From an uncultured Candidatus Saccharibacteria bacterium (GTDB lineage Bacteria; Patescibacteriota; Minisyncoccia; Phycocordibacterales; DATDWN01): a stretch of DNA of 64,000 bases. The position numbers and the translations under genes are program-made. This document shows positions 54,534 through 63,375 of the stretch, in pieces. The notes under the pieces are model-generated. The model was not told the origin of the DNA. It searched no databases and saw nothing but the letters and a program-made list of their open reading frames with translations. The DNA lies in NCBI GenBank assembly GCA_964551495.1, contig CAZKCA010000002.1, forward strand, positions 19,648-83,647, read 5' to 3'. Positions within the stretch are counted from its first letter, which is position 1. Each line of letters starts with the position of its first letter.

Positions 54534-55151
54534 TTATTTTTTGTTTCTATTTACCCACCAATTACTCTTTTGACTTTTCTTGTCATACCACCAATCATTT
54601 GAATCTGTCTTCATTATTTCCTTGGCTATTGTTTTAGCGGTATCTGTTTTTAATCTTTTTATTGCAGAATCAATCCAAGTTAACGCTCTTGTATTACCAG
54701 TATCAATTTCTTCTTTCAAAGAAAGTATCCACTCCAAGTTATCTGCATCTTTTACAAGAATTGATTCTGGACTTTTTCTTTCTTCATACTCTTCAATTAA
54801 ATTATAAAATGTTTCTCCAAAAGGCACAGAGGCGGCAATATCTTTATGGGCTTCGTGTTCTTTTCTTTCTACATATTTTTGATGAACATAATTTAAGTCA
54901 GATATTCTTGTTTCTGAAATATCATGAAGAAGTGCCATCTGCAACACCTTAGAAATATCCACTTTACCATCCATAAGCGCTAGAACGTAAGCAATAAAAC
55001 ATGCTCTATTTACATGTTCTGCAACAGTCTGATCTCCTGTGCCCAAAAAATGAAAACCGCTTCTTGGTGTTTTAGCCAAAATTCCTACTTCAAAAAGGAA
55101 ATTCGTTATTTTCTTTATGTCCCCCTTTCCTTTTTTCATATTTTTTTTCAT
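54534..55151 (-). CDS. HD-domain phosphohydrolase (YfbR-like 5'-deoxynucleotidase family)
   Basis: PRSGFHFLG...TVAEHVNRA...LLHDISETRISDL...KDADNLE. Confidence 0.8.
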   Translation of the reverse strand: MKKNMKKGKGDIKKITNFLFEVGILAKTPRSGFHFLGTGDQTVAEHVNRACFIAYVLALMDGKVDISKVLQMALLHDISETRISDLNYVHQKYVERKEHEAHKDIAASVPFGETFYNLIEEYEERKSPESILVKDADNLEWILSLKEEIDTGNTRALTWIDSAIKRLKTDTAKTIAKEIMKTDSNDWWYDKKSQKSNWWVNRNKK

Positions 55152-55155
55152 ATTT

Positions 55156-56001
55156 TTATAACAAACTTATCTCCATTAAAACTTTGTTTATTTTTTCTTT
55201 CGGAACACCTATATCTTCCAATAGTTCTGTATTTTCTTCTATTGTTTTACACAACACAATACCTTTATCTAATAGTTCTTTTTTCTCTCTTCCATCCAAA
55301 GTTCCTAAGCAGGTTAAAGGATGAAGTTTTGCCTTGACTATCATATCCCGCAAATTTCCTTCTGGTGGATAATTCCAACCAATAAGTTTAAGTCCTCCTT
55401 GGCAGGAGCCGTATTCAATAGCTGTGGTAGTAAATTTTGTATTTGTGACAATCCAACCTTCATCCAATTTTCTTTCTCTTCCACCATAGTTAAAACTGAC
55501 ACTATTTAAATCATCAAAACGAGCTTTTACATACAAAGCCACTTTTAAATCTGATTTTACGCCAAGTTGATTGTGGAACTTTGCCTCCACCATTATTAGT
55601 TTTTCTTCATTCCAAGCAACAACATCTATCTCATGTTCAACACAATGACCTTTAACAGTCTGACCTGTTAAAGTCTCATACCCCATTCTATTAAAAATCT
55701 CCGCAACAAATTTCTCAAACGGAAAACCTGAGGGTCCAAGTTCCATTATGGCCCTTTTCAAAGAATACTTTAAAGCAACTGGTTGATCTTTTTTATACAA
55801 AAGCTCAAAAGCATGATTATAAATATCATGAGTAGTCATTCCATCTTTTATATAGTATGAAGTCTGAGAAACAATATCTAAAACCTCTTCTTCTGTTGCT
55901 CCAGATTTTCTTAAAGAATCTTCTAATTTTGAATTATCAAATAGTTCTTTTGTTCCATCTGCCTTTAATATGTATTTTGGTTCTGTATTCATAAAAACCA
56001 T
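55156..56001 (-). CDS. ATP-cone domain protein fused to a restriction-endonuclease-like (Mrr-cat type) domain
   Basis: The N-terminus ILKADGTKELFDNSKLEDSLRKSGATEEEV is ATP-cone-like. The middle has EIDVVAWNEEKLIMVEAKFH (a D...E-x-K nuclease-like core). The start may be M4. Confidence 0.65.
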   Translation of the reverse strand: MVFMNTEPKYILKADGTKELFDNSKLEDSLRKSGATEEEVLDIVSQTSYYIKDGMTTHDIYNHAFELLYKKDQPVALKYSLKRAIMELGPSGFPFEKFVAEIFNRMGYETLTGQTVKGHCVEHEIDVVAWNEEKLIMVEAKFHNQLGVKSDLKVALYVKARFDDLNSVSFNYGGRERKLDEGWIVTNTKFTTTAIEYGSCQGGLKLIGWNYPPEGNLRDMIVKAKLHPLTCLGTLDGREKKELLDKGIVLCKTIEENTELLEDIGVPKEKINKVLMEISLL

Positions 56002-56029
56002 TATCTCATAAAGGTATTGCTATTTCCAA

Positions 56030-57238
56030 TTAAATTATAGTTTCCATTATTCCTCCTCCGAGACATTTTTCTCCTTGGTAGAATACAGCGGACTGACCTT
56101 TTGCTACTCCATTTTGGGGTTTTTCAAAAGAGATTTTATAACCTAATTCTAACTTTTCTACCTTACAATTTTGTTTTTCTTGTCTGTATCTTATCCTAAC
56201 CTGACAATTTAAAGGAAATTCTGGCTCTACCCCATCTATAAAATGAATATCTTTTATAAAAATCTCTTTTGTATTGAAAACTAAATCTAGCTGATTTTCT
56301 TTGTCTGCTACAGTTATAGTATTTTTTTCTAGGTCTTTTGACACAACAAAAAAACTTGGGTCATTTGGAGTCTTTTTGGTAATAGTAAATCCATGTCTTT
56401 GACCTATGGTATAAAACAGTGCCCCATCGTGAATCCCAACAACCTCTCCTTTGGAATTTAAAACATCTCCTTTTTTAGTTTCAATGAAGTGTTCAAGAAA
56501 ATCTTTCATATCTACTTTTCCAATAAAACAAAGTCCTTGGCTATCTTTTTTTGTGGCCGTAGGAAGACTAAACTTCTCTGCCAGTTTTCTAACTTCTGGT
56601 TTTGTTAAGTGTCCTACAGGGAAAAGTGTTTTTGAAAGCTGTTCTTGGTTTAAAGTGTAAAGAAAATAACTTTGATCTTTATTTTTATCATTTGATTCAT
56701 GAAGTTCAAACCTATAGTTTGATAAATCTTGTTGAGACAAGAGGTTTCTGAAACATTGCGAGCGCGACGGCGCGAACACGAGGAATTTTTCAGCAGAAAA
56801 ATATCCGTTTTCAGAAACCTCTTGAGGAGAAAGAGATTTATCAAATACCAAATTCTGAGCATAGTGTCCTGTGGCTATAAAATCAGCCCCCATCTCTTTG
56901 GCTTTATCTAGAAAAACTCCAAATTTTACATACTTATTACAAAAAACATCTGGATTTGGAGTCCTACCGGCTTTGTATTCAGAAATCATATAGTCAACTA
57001 CTTCTTTTTTATATTCCTTCTCACAATCAATAGTTAAAAATGGGACATCCAAAATGGCACAAACTCTCATAGCACTTCTCCTTTCTTCTTTCCAGTCACA
57101 AGGTAAAAACTCTGGATGCCAAACTTTTAGAAAAACCCCCATGACGTCAAAACCGGCTTCTTTAAGCAAAGCCAAAGAGACAGAAGAGTCCACTCCGCCT
57201 GATAGACCAACAAAAACCTTTGGCTTTCTATTTTCCAT
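56030..57238 (-). CDS. mnmA: tRNA 2-thiouridine(34) synthase MnmA, carrying a ~37-40 codon in-frame insert derived from a palindromic element
   Basis: VGLSGGVDSSV PP-loop, ATGHYAQ, KDQSYFLY and GLCFIGK. There are 58 residues between ATGHYAQ and KDQSYFL, whereas my recollection of characterised MnmA proteins is ~20. A TATAAA lies 7 nt upstream of the ATG. Confidence 0.95.
   Translation of the reverse strand: MENRKPKVFVGLSGGVDSSVSLALLKEAGFDVMGVFLKVWHPEFLPCDWKEERRSAMRVCAILDVPFLTIDCEKEYKKEVVDYMISEYKAGRTPNPDVFCNKYVKFGVFLDKAKEMGADFIATGHYAQNLVFDKSLSPQEVSENGYFSAEKFLVFAPSRSQCFRNLLSQQDLSNYRFELHESNDKNKDQSYFLYTLNQEQLSKTLFPVGHLTKPEVRKLAEKFSLPTATKKDSQGLCFIGKVDMKDFLEHFIETKKGDVLNSKGEVVGIHDGALFYTIGQRHGFTITKKTPNDPSFFVVSKDLEKNTITVADKENQLDLVFNTKEIFIKDIHFIDGVEPEFPLNCQVRIRYRQEKQNCKVEKLELGYKISFEKPQNGVAKGQSAVFYQGEKCLGGGIMETII
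56720..56841 (+). repeat. nested-hairpin palindromic element, family 1, copy E, located inside the mnmA coding sequence
   Basis: Outer stem GATAAATCT/AGATTTATC, loop GTTGAG, middle stem CAAGAGGTTTCTGAAA/TTTCAGAAACCTCTTG. The core is CATTGCGAGCGCGACGGCGCGAACACGAGGAATTTTTCAGCAGAAAAATATCCG. Confidence 0.78.
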
Positions 57239-57278
57239 TGCTGTATTTATAACACAAATCCATTACAAAACACATCCT

Positions 57279-57462
57279 AATCAAAAACATACACGAGAAA
57301 ACCATTCGCAGACTTTTGTTTAAGATAACAACAATTTTTTCTAGCCGTGAGCACTAACCCCTATGAAATAAGGGGCGACCGAAGGGAGTTTGCGGTAAGG
57401 CAGAAAAAATTGTGCTTTATCTTACAAAAGACGAGGACGGTTTTGGAGGTATGTTTTTGATT
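57279..57462 (+). repeat. nested-hairpin palindromic element, family 2, copy 2 (four stacked stems)
   Basis: Stems are AATCAAAAACATAC/GTATGTTTTTGATT (14 bp), AAAACC/GGTTTT, CTTTTG(tt)TAAGATAA/TTATCTTACAAAAG and ACAATTTTTTCT/AGAAAAAATTGT (12 bp). Conserved unpaired ATTCGCAGA and ACGAGGAC. Confidence 0.7.
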
Positions 57463-57464
57463 TT

Positions 57465-58460
57465 TTAACTACTCAAATAAAGTTCTTTATTTCTCTTATG
57501 CTCATCAAAAGTTTTAGCGTAATACATAATACCATCATGACCTGTTAGAAAATATAAATAATTTGTTTTCTCTGGATTTAAAGCGGCCATTATAGAATCT
57601 AATCCAGGATTTGAGATAGGTGTAGGAGGAAGACCTTTGTATTTGTATGTATTATAAGGAGAATCTATTTGTAGATCATCCAAGGTTAAATCAAAAGTTG
57701 TTTTACCATTTACATAAATAAAAGCAGTATCAACCTGAAGTGGCATATTTATAGAAATTCTTTTCCATAAAATACCTGCAATGAGAGGTCTATCTTTTGG
57801 TTTGGCCTCACCTTCCAAAATCGAAGCCATTATTATTATCTCCTCTAAAGTTTTATCGCTATTTTTAAATTCATCTATTTTTGAAATTTTCAATTCAAAG
57901 TTTCTTTTCATTATTTCAACCAAATCTTTCTCTCTTATTGTTGGAGAAACAAAATAAGTATCAGGGAAAAGATATCCTTCATATTTTTTAGCAATATCTA
58001 AAAAATTATCCCTATCAAATCTTACTAAATTTTTCTCAAGATAATCAGCCATTTGATAAACATTCCAACCTTCAGGTATTGTTACCCTAACATCATCCAA
58101 TTCAAAAACACCGTTTATAAAACGCTCAGCCAAAAAGATGGCTCCTTGTTTTCTACTTATAAAATAATCCCCCGCTTTTATTTTATTTTCGCCTCCTCTT
58201 AAAATAGTATACGTTCTAAATATAAATTTAGATCTTATTAATCCATCTTCATACATCTGATTTGTTATTTGTTGCAAAGAATCCCCTGAATTAATAGTGA
58301 TTATTTGTTGTGTCTGAAAATTTGGACTACTTATAAAAATCCCGGAAAAAATATAAACAGACAAAAAAACCACACCAACTAAAATTGATTGAATCATTAT
58401 TTCCTTTTTGTTTTCCTTACAAAAGGAATGTATGTATTTCATTTTATCTTTTAAAAACAT
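57465..58460 (-). CDS. mltG: endolytic murein transglycosylase MltG (YceG family)
   Basis: N-terminal TM, the YceG pattern ASILEGEA and PPTPISNPG. Confidence 0.9.
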   Translation of the reverse strand: MFLKDKMKYIHSFCKENKKEIMIQSILVGVVFLSVYIFSGIFISSPNFQTQQIITINSGDSLQQITNQMYEDGLIRSKFIFRTYTILRGGENKIKAGDYFISRKQGAIFLAERFINGVFELDDVRVTIPEGWNVYQMADYLEKNLVRFDRDNFLDIAKKYEGYLFPDTYFVSPTIREKDLVEIMKRNFELKISKIDEFKNSDKTLEEIIIMASILEGEAKPKDRPLIAGILWKRISINMPLQVDTAFIYVNGKTTFDLTLDDLQIDSPYNTYKYKGLPPTPISNPGLDSIMAALNPEKTNYLYFLTGHDGIMYYAKTFDEHKRNKELYLSS

Positions 58461-58472
58461 TGTTTTTATTTT

Positions 58473-59738
58473 TTACATAGGTAAATTAGAAGGGGCTTCA
58501 GATTTCTTTGAAGAAATCCTAGACAATGTTGGTGTTTGAGCAACATTACCAGGTATATGAAATATACTAGCCAATTCTTCTGTATTCAAAACAAAGAATT
58601 TTCTCCTGTGTTCATTCCAAAAATATCCTCTAGCTTTATAAGCATCCAGAAGAATTGATTTTTCTAAATCAATATCTGCTTTTGGCCTGTCTTTCCAAGG
58701 AAACCACTTTCTTTTTGGGGCTGGAATATTTGTTGGTTTAAACCCGTTTAAGTTAGAAGAATTGAAATGAGTAATACCCCCAACAACACCCCCAACATTA
58801 TCCATACTGAAAATATCCTTTGGAGCTGTGTAAACAACCCTAATACCAGTGTCAAAACCTACTTTAGAAATACTTCTCTCCAAAGCTTTTATTGTTTCAG
58901 TTTCTCCATCTGTTAAAAATCTTCCTGTACCTGGAACTGTTTTGCCTGTTTCTTTGTCTTTTTCACCTTTAGCTTTTTCTTGAATTTTTTTGATGGCCTC
59001 TTCAGCAGCTTTTTTCCATCTAAGATCAACCATCTTTACTTCTCCAGTTTCTTTATTTTTCTCTTTATCCTCTGCTTTATGAGCTCTAACGATTATTTGA
59101 ACCCATGCTTGATGACCCTGACCCAAAGAACCCATAAATTCTAAAAGAGGTGTTAATGGATCTATTTTATATTCTTCTTTTGGATCCTTATCTAAACCAT
59201 AATCAACATAGGTTTTTATAGGGTAAGCATCTTCTTTGGTAAGCTCGAACTCACAGGCCCACAATCCAGTTTTTTCTGGATCATAACTAACAGGTAAAGT
59301 GTAGTCTGGCACTTCATATATTTCTATACCTGGATATTGTGAATAAAGTCTTGATTCTATTAAATTTTTATAACCTTTTTTGGTATAAACAAAAAAGTGC
59401 ACAGCTCCACCAATGGAAACAATTTCCAAAGAAAAATGTGCTCTAACTGACCCCTGCCAATACTTTTGATACCAATTTGCCTCTCCAAAAGTCTGGTATA
59501 GACTTTCTAAAAAGAATTCCATGGCTTTGGGAGATTTAAAAACATCTTTAGGTATTTTTATTTCCAACAAAATATAACTTTGTTTAGCCAAAAACTGAGA
59601 TCTTCTATATGTTATCCAGAGATCCCAAACTAGATAAAAGAAAAACACTGGCAGCCAAAAGAATGAGGTAAAATAAAGAATTCTTAAAACTGTTTGAACG
59701 GTTTCTAAATTTAAAATATTTGAATAAATTTCAAACAT
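58473..59738 (-). CDS. hypothetical membrane protein
   Basis: 421 aa with two N-terminal TM helices and then a soluble domain. No family was recognised by eye. Confidence 0.55.
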   Translation of the reverse strand: MFEIYSNILNLETVQTVLRILYFTSFFWLPVFFFYLVWDLWITYRRSQFLAKQSYILLEIKIPKDVFKSPKAMEFFLESLYQTFGEANWYQKYWQGSVRAHFSLEIVSIGGAVHFFVYTKKGYKNLIESRLYSQYPGIEIYEVPDYTLPVSYDPEKTGLWACEFELTKEDAYPIKTYVDYGLDKDPKEEYKIDPLTPLLEFMGSLGQGHQAWVQIIVRAHKAEDKEKNKETGEVKMVDLRWKKAAEEAIKKIQEKAKGEKDKETGKTVPGTGRFLTDGETETIKALERSISKVGFDTGIRVVYTAPKDIFSMDNVGGVVGGITHFNSSNLNGFKPTNIPAPKRKWFPWKDRPKADIDLEKSILLDAYKARGYFWNEHRRKFFVLNTEELASIFHIPGNVAQTPTLSRISSKKSEAPSNLPM

Positions 59739-59770
59739 ATGTGTTTATATAATTATACAAAATAATAAAC

Positions 59771-59797
59771 AAAAAACCACCCGAAGGTGGTCTTTTG
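59771..59797 (-). terminator. rho-independent terminator
   Basis: ACCACC-cgaa-GGTGGT with flanking A and T runs. Confidence 0.65.
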
Positions 59798-59798
59798 T

Positions 59799-60917
59799 TT
59801 AAACTAGAGTATATTTACCGTCTTTTAATTTTTTAAATACTTTTGAATTTTGAAGATTGACCATAATAGTATTCTCTTTAACATATCTCTCTTTCAAAAC
59901 TTTTTCGACAATTTCTTCTTTTGTTAAAGGTCCATTTTTCTTTAATATATCCTTTATAACATCTTTAACAACACCAGACATATAGCCCCACTCTGCAAGA
60001 GCGTAAAGACCTCTTCCCACCAAAACAAAACGAGGGTCTTTAATCAACTCATTGTGGGTAGTAGCAACATGAGCTTTTTTCTTAAATATTTCAGTAATTA
60101 ATTTAGCAACTTCTTTAAAGTGTATAGGGGAACCATGTCTTCTTATCACTAGGTAAGAATAATCTCTCATTCCCTTAGCATTGATATTTGGAGAAGTCGA
60201 TTTACCCCATTCACCAAGAGGATTTTTACCTATAAGTTTTGACAAAGCCAACCATCTTTTAGCAACTTCTTCTGTTTTGTATTTTTCAGAAACATCTTTT
60301 AGGTGTTCTAAAAACTTCTCTATCATATCTGATTCAAGCATTATCTCGTCATCAGACAAAGTTGAATAAAGAGTTTTTATTGCCTCATGAATTTTTTTTG
60401 AAAGATCCTTATCTACATGCCATCTATGTTTGAATTCTGCATCTTCTTTTTCTTTGAAGAAAGCGTCTCCTACAACAAAAAGAAAATGAACATGATTTTG
60501 AGTAGATTTGTTTTTTGATATATAACTCAAAAGATCTTCTTCAGAAATTACAACACCCAAATCATGAATTAAATTTTTTAATTCTTCAAATACAGATTTC
60601 TCCTTTTCGTATTCTTTTGACTTTCTAATGTTGGTTATAGAATAATTTTCTATTTGTCTTATTCTTTCTCTGGTAATTTTGTATTTTTTACCAATAGACT
60701 CTAAGGTCATTCTTTTTGGATCACTGCCCAAACCAAAACGACCGATTATAACATCTCTTGACCTAGGAGAAAGCACAGAAAGAAGTCTTTTGGTTACTTG
60801 CTCTGGTTTAAAATTTATAGGTAATTTTTCACTCATAATTTTAATTTTTTTAATTAAGTTGCTTTTGAAGGACAACGAATGTTTACTATTTTTATCATTA
60901 TTATCAAATATAGTCAA
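59799..60917 (-). CDS. DNA-binding protein with sigma-70 region-4-like HTH and C-terminal HARE-HTH-like domain
   Basis: RSRDVIIGRFGLG...TLESIGKKYKITRERIRQIENYSITNIRK is region 4-like. The C-terminus SPIHFKEVAKLI...LIKDPRFVLVGRGLYALAEWGY follows the HARE-HTH pattern. The start may be M28 (ATG 60836). Confidence 0.6.
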   Translation of the reverse strand: MTIFDNNDKNSKHSLSFKSNLIKKIKIMSEKLPINFKPEQVTKRLLSVLSPRSRDVIIGRFGLGSDPKRMTLESIGKKYKITRERIRQIENYSITNIRKSKEYEKEKSVFEELKNLIHDLGVVISEEDLLSYISKNKSTQNHVHFLFVVGDAFFKEKEDAEFKHRWHVDKDLSKKIHEAIKTLYSTLSDDEIMLESDMIEKFLEHLKDVSEKYKTEEVAKRWLALSKLIGKNPLGEWGKSTSPNINAKGMRDYSYLVIRRHGSPIHFKEVAKLITEIFKKKAHVATTHNELIKDPRFVLVGRGLYALAEWGYMSGVVKDVIKDILKKNGPLTKEEIVEKVLKERYVKENTIMVNLQNSKVFKKLKDGKYTLV

Positions 60918-60926
60918 GTGGAAAAA

Positions 60927-63335
60927 TTAGACCACAACAAAATTGATTAATTTGTCTGGAATATGAACTATTTTAATGATTTTCTTGCCATCTAGCCATT
61001 TTGAAACCTCTGTTATACTCTTGACCAAATCTTCCAATTTAGCTTGCTCCATACCCTTTTCTGTCTCAAAAGTAGTCCTTACTTTACCATTAACTTGAAC
61101 AACTAAAGAGACAACTGAAACCTCCATTTTCTTTTTATCTGCAACTGGCCACTTTTCAAAAATTATAGATTTTTTATTACCTAATTTACCCCATAATTCC
61201 TCGGCCAAATGAGGAACAAAAGGAGAAAGGATTCTCAAAAACATTTCAAAATCTTTTTTAGATATGAATTTATGTTTTTCTAAATCATTAATAAATATCA
61301 TCATAGAAGATATTGCTGTATTAAATGACATTGACTCTATATCTTTTGAAACTTTATCTATAGTTTGATGCAATAATGTTTCTATTTCTTTTGGTGTTTT
61401 AGATTTAAAATCATATGTTTGTCCTATCTTGTAAACCCTTTCAATAAACCTTCTAACACCTATTATATTTTCATCAGCCCAAGAAATAGACTGATCAAAA
61501 GGCCCCATAAACATCTGATAAAGCCTTAGAGTGTCTGCACCATAAGTTTTTACTATGGTATCTGGATTTATAACATTACCCTTTGACTTGGACATCTTTT
61601 CCCCACCTTCAGCCAAAATCATTCCATGGGCAGTTCTCTTTTTGTAAGGTTCTTTTGTTGGAACAAGTTTCAAATCATATAAAAATTTGTGCCAAAATCT
61701 TGAATACAATAAGTGAAGGGTTGTGTGTTCCATTCCCCCGTTATACCAATCAACAGGAGTAAAGTATTTCAACGCTTTTGGATCGGCAAACTTTTTGGAA
61801 TTCATTGGATCTGCATATCTCAAATAATACCAAGAAGAACCGGCCCATTGTGGCATAGTGTCTGTTTCTCTTTTTGCTTTTCCTCCGCACTTTGGACATT
61901 TTACATTGACCCATTTGTCTATATTTGCCAAAGGAGATTCGCCTGTATCTGTTGGTTCATATTTATCTACTTTTGGAAGTTTTACTGGCAAATCTTTTTC
62001 TGCGACAGGCACGGTCCCACATTTATCACAGTGAATAAGAGGAATAGGTTCTCCCCAATATCTCTGCCTTGAAAAAACCCAATCACGAAGCTTAAACTTT
62101 GTAACCCACTTACCTCCTACAAATTTTGTAATGTCTTTTTTAACTTCTAGAGAATCTCTTCCGTTAAATTTTTCTGAATTAATCAATTTTCCTTGATCTG
62201 TATAAGCAGAATCCTTAACTCCGCCTTCAGAATTTATAACTTCCTTTATGGACAAATTATATTTTCTAGCAAATTCAAAATCTCTCTGGTCATGAGCAGG
62301 CACAGCCATAACAACTCCTGTTCCATAGTGGGCCAAAACATAGTCAGCAACCCATATAGGAATCTCCTCTCCATTTGCTGGATTTATAGCTTTTATTCCT
62401 TTCATTTCTACACCTGTTTTTTCTTTTCCTTCTGCTGTTCTTTCTATATCATCTTTTTTCTTGGCGTCTGAAACATACCTTGAAACTTCTTCAAAATTTT
62501 CTACTTTGTCTTTCAACTTTTCTACAAGCTCGTGCTCAGGAGAAAGGACTACATAGGTAGCACCAAAAATAGTATCTGGCCTTGTTGTAAAAACTTTAAT
62601 TTTTTCTTTGCTGTCTTTCATTTGAAAATCTATCTCTGCTCCTTCAGATTTTCCTATCCAATTTCTCTGACCAATTTTTATTCTTTCCAAATAATCAACA
62701 TCATCCAAGTCTTTGTCTAATCTCTCTGCATATTTTGTAATAGCAAGCATCCATTGTTCTTTTTCTCTTTTTTCCACTGGAGTACCGCACCTTTCGCAAC
62801 AACCATTTATAACTTCCTCATTTGCTAAACCTATCTTATCTTTTGGACACCAATTTATGGTCATTTTCTTTTTGTAAGCCAAACCTTTTTTATACATCTG
62901 CAAGAAAATCCATTGTGTCCATTTGTAATATTTTGGATCTGTAGTATTTATCTCCCTATCCCAATCAAAAGAAAAACCAATTGACTTTAATTGTCTTCTA
63001 AAATTATCTGTATTTCTTTTTGTTACAACTTCCGGAGGAGTACTTGTTTTTATGGCATAGTTTTCTGTAGGCAAACCAAAAGCATCCCAACCAATAGGAT
63101 ACAAAACATTAAACCCTTCCATCCTTCTCTTTCTAGAAATAATGTCCATAGCGGTGTTGCTTCTAACATGCCCGACATGTAGTCCTTCTCCAGATGGATA
63201 TGGAAATTCTATTAGAGAATAGAATTTTTTCTTTTTGGAATCTAATTTGGTTTTAAAAGTTTTGTTTTTGTCCCAAAATTTCTGCCATTTAGACTCTATT
63301 TTCGAGTGATCGTATTGATTCATACATGCAATCAT
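60927..63335 (-). CDS. leuS: leucine--tRNA ligase
   Basis: KWQKFW, PYPSGEGLHVGHV (HIGH), the CP1 editing domain and KMSKSKGN. The start may be M5 (ATG 63323), which has a TATGAT 7 nt upstream. Confidence 0.97.
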   Translation of the reverse strand: MIACMNQYDHSKIESKWQKFWDKNKTFKTKLDSKKKKFYSLIEFPYPSGEGLHVGHVRSNTAMDIISRKRRMEGFNVLYPIGWDAFGLPTENYAIKTSTPPEVVTKRNTDNFRRQLKSIGFSFDWDREINTTDPKYYKWTQWIFLQMYKKGLAYKKKMTINWCPKDKIGLANEEVINGCCERCGTPVEKREKEQWMLAITKYAERLDKDLDDVDYLERIKIGQRNWIGKSEGAEIDFQMKDSKEKIKVFTTRPDTIFGATYVVLSPEHELVEKLKDKVENFEEVSRYVSDAKKKDDIERTAEGKEKTGVEMKGIKAINPANGEEIPIWVADYVLAHYGTGVVMAVPAHDQRDFEFARKYNLSIKEVINSEGGVKDSAYTDQGKLINSEKFNGRDSLEVKKDITKFVGGKWVTKFKLRDWVFSRQRYWGEPIPLIHCDKCGTVPVAEKDLPVKLPKVDKYEPTDTGESPLANIDKWVNVKCPKCGGKAKRETDTMPQWAGSSWYYLRYADPMNSKKFADPKALKYFTPVDWYNGGMEHTTLHLLYSRFWHKFLYDLKLVPTKEPYKKRTAHGMILAEGGEKMSKSKGNVINPDTIVKTYGADTLRLYQMFMGPFDQSISWADENIIGVRRFIERVYKIGQTYDFKSKTPKEIETLLHQTIDKVSKDIESMSFNTAISSMMIFINDLEKHKFISKKDFEMFLRILSPFVPHLAEELWGKLGNKKSIIFEKWPVADKKKMEVSVVSLVVQVNGKVRTTFETEKGMEQAKLEDLVKSITEVSKWLDGKKIIKIVHIPDKLINFVVV

Positions 63336-63336
63336 A

Positions 63337-63370
63337 CTAAAAAACCGCCCTTTTGGAAAGGCGGCTTTTT
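63337..63370 (-). terminator. rho-independent terminator
   Basis: CCGCC(C)TTT-tgg-AAAGGCGG with flanking A and T runs. Confidence 0.6.
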
Positions 63371-63375
63371 AGTAT

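Noticed and set aside
40767-56841. The repeated ~125-nt units could be a CRISPR array.
   Set aside because: Copies are kilobases apart with genes between them, and each copy is itself a long palindrome with unique arms. There are no short regular spacers and no cas genes in the window.
40767-56841. The elements could be integron attC sites.
   Set aside because: No integron integrase is present. The conserved GTTGAG is opposed by GAGAAAGAG rather than a complementary R-prime/R-double-prime pair. The flanking units are not promoterless cassettes.
57343-57401. AGCCGTGAGCAC in the centre of family-2 copy 2 resembles the 5' half of a group II intron domain V.
   Set aside because: There is no complementary 3' half, no GNRA loop, no intron-encoded protein and no other intron domains nearby.
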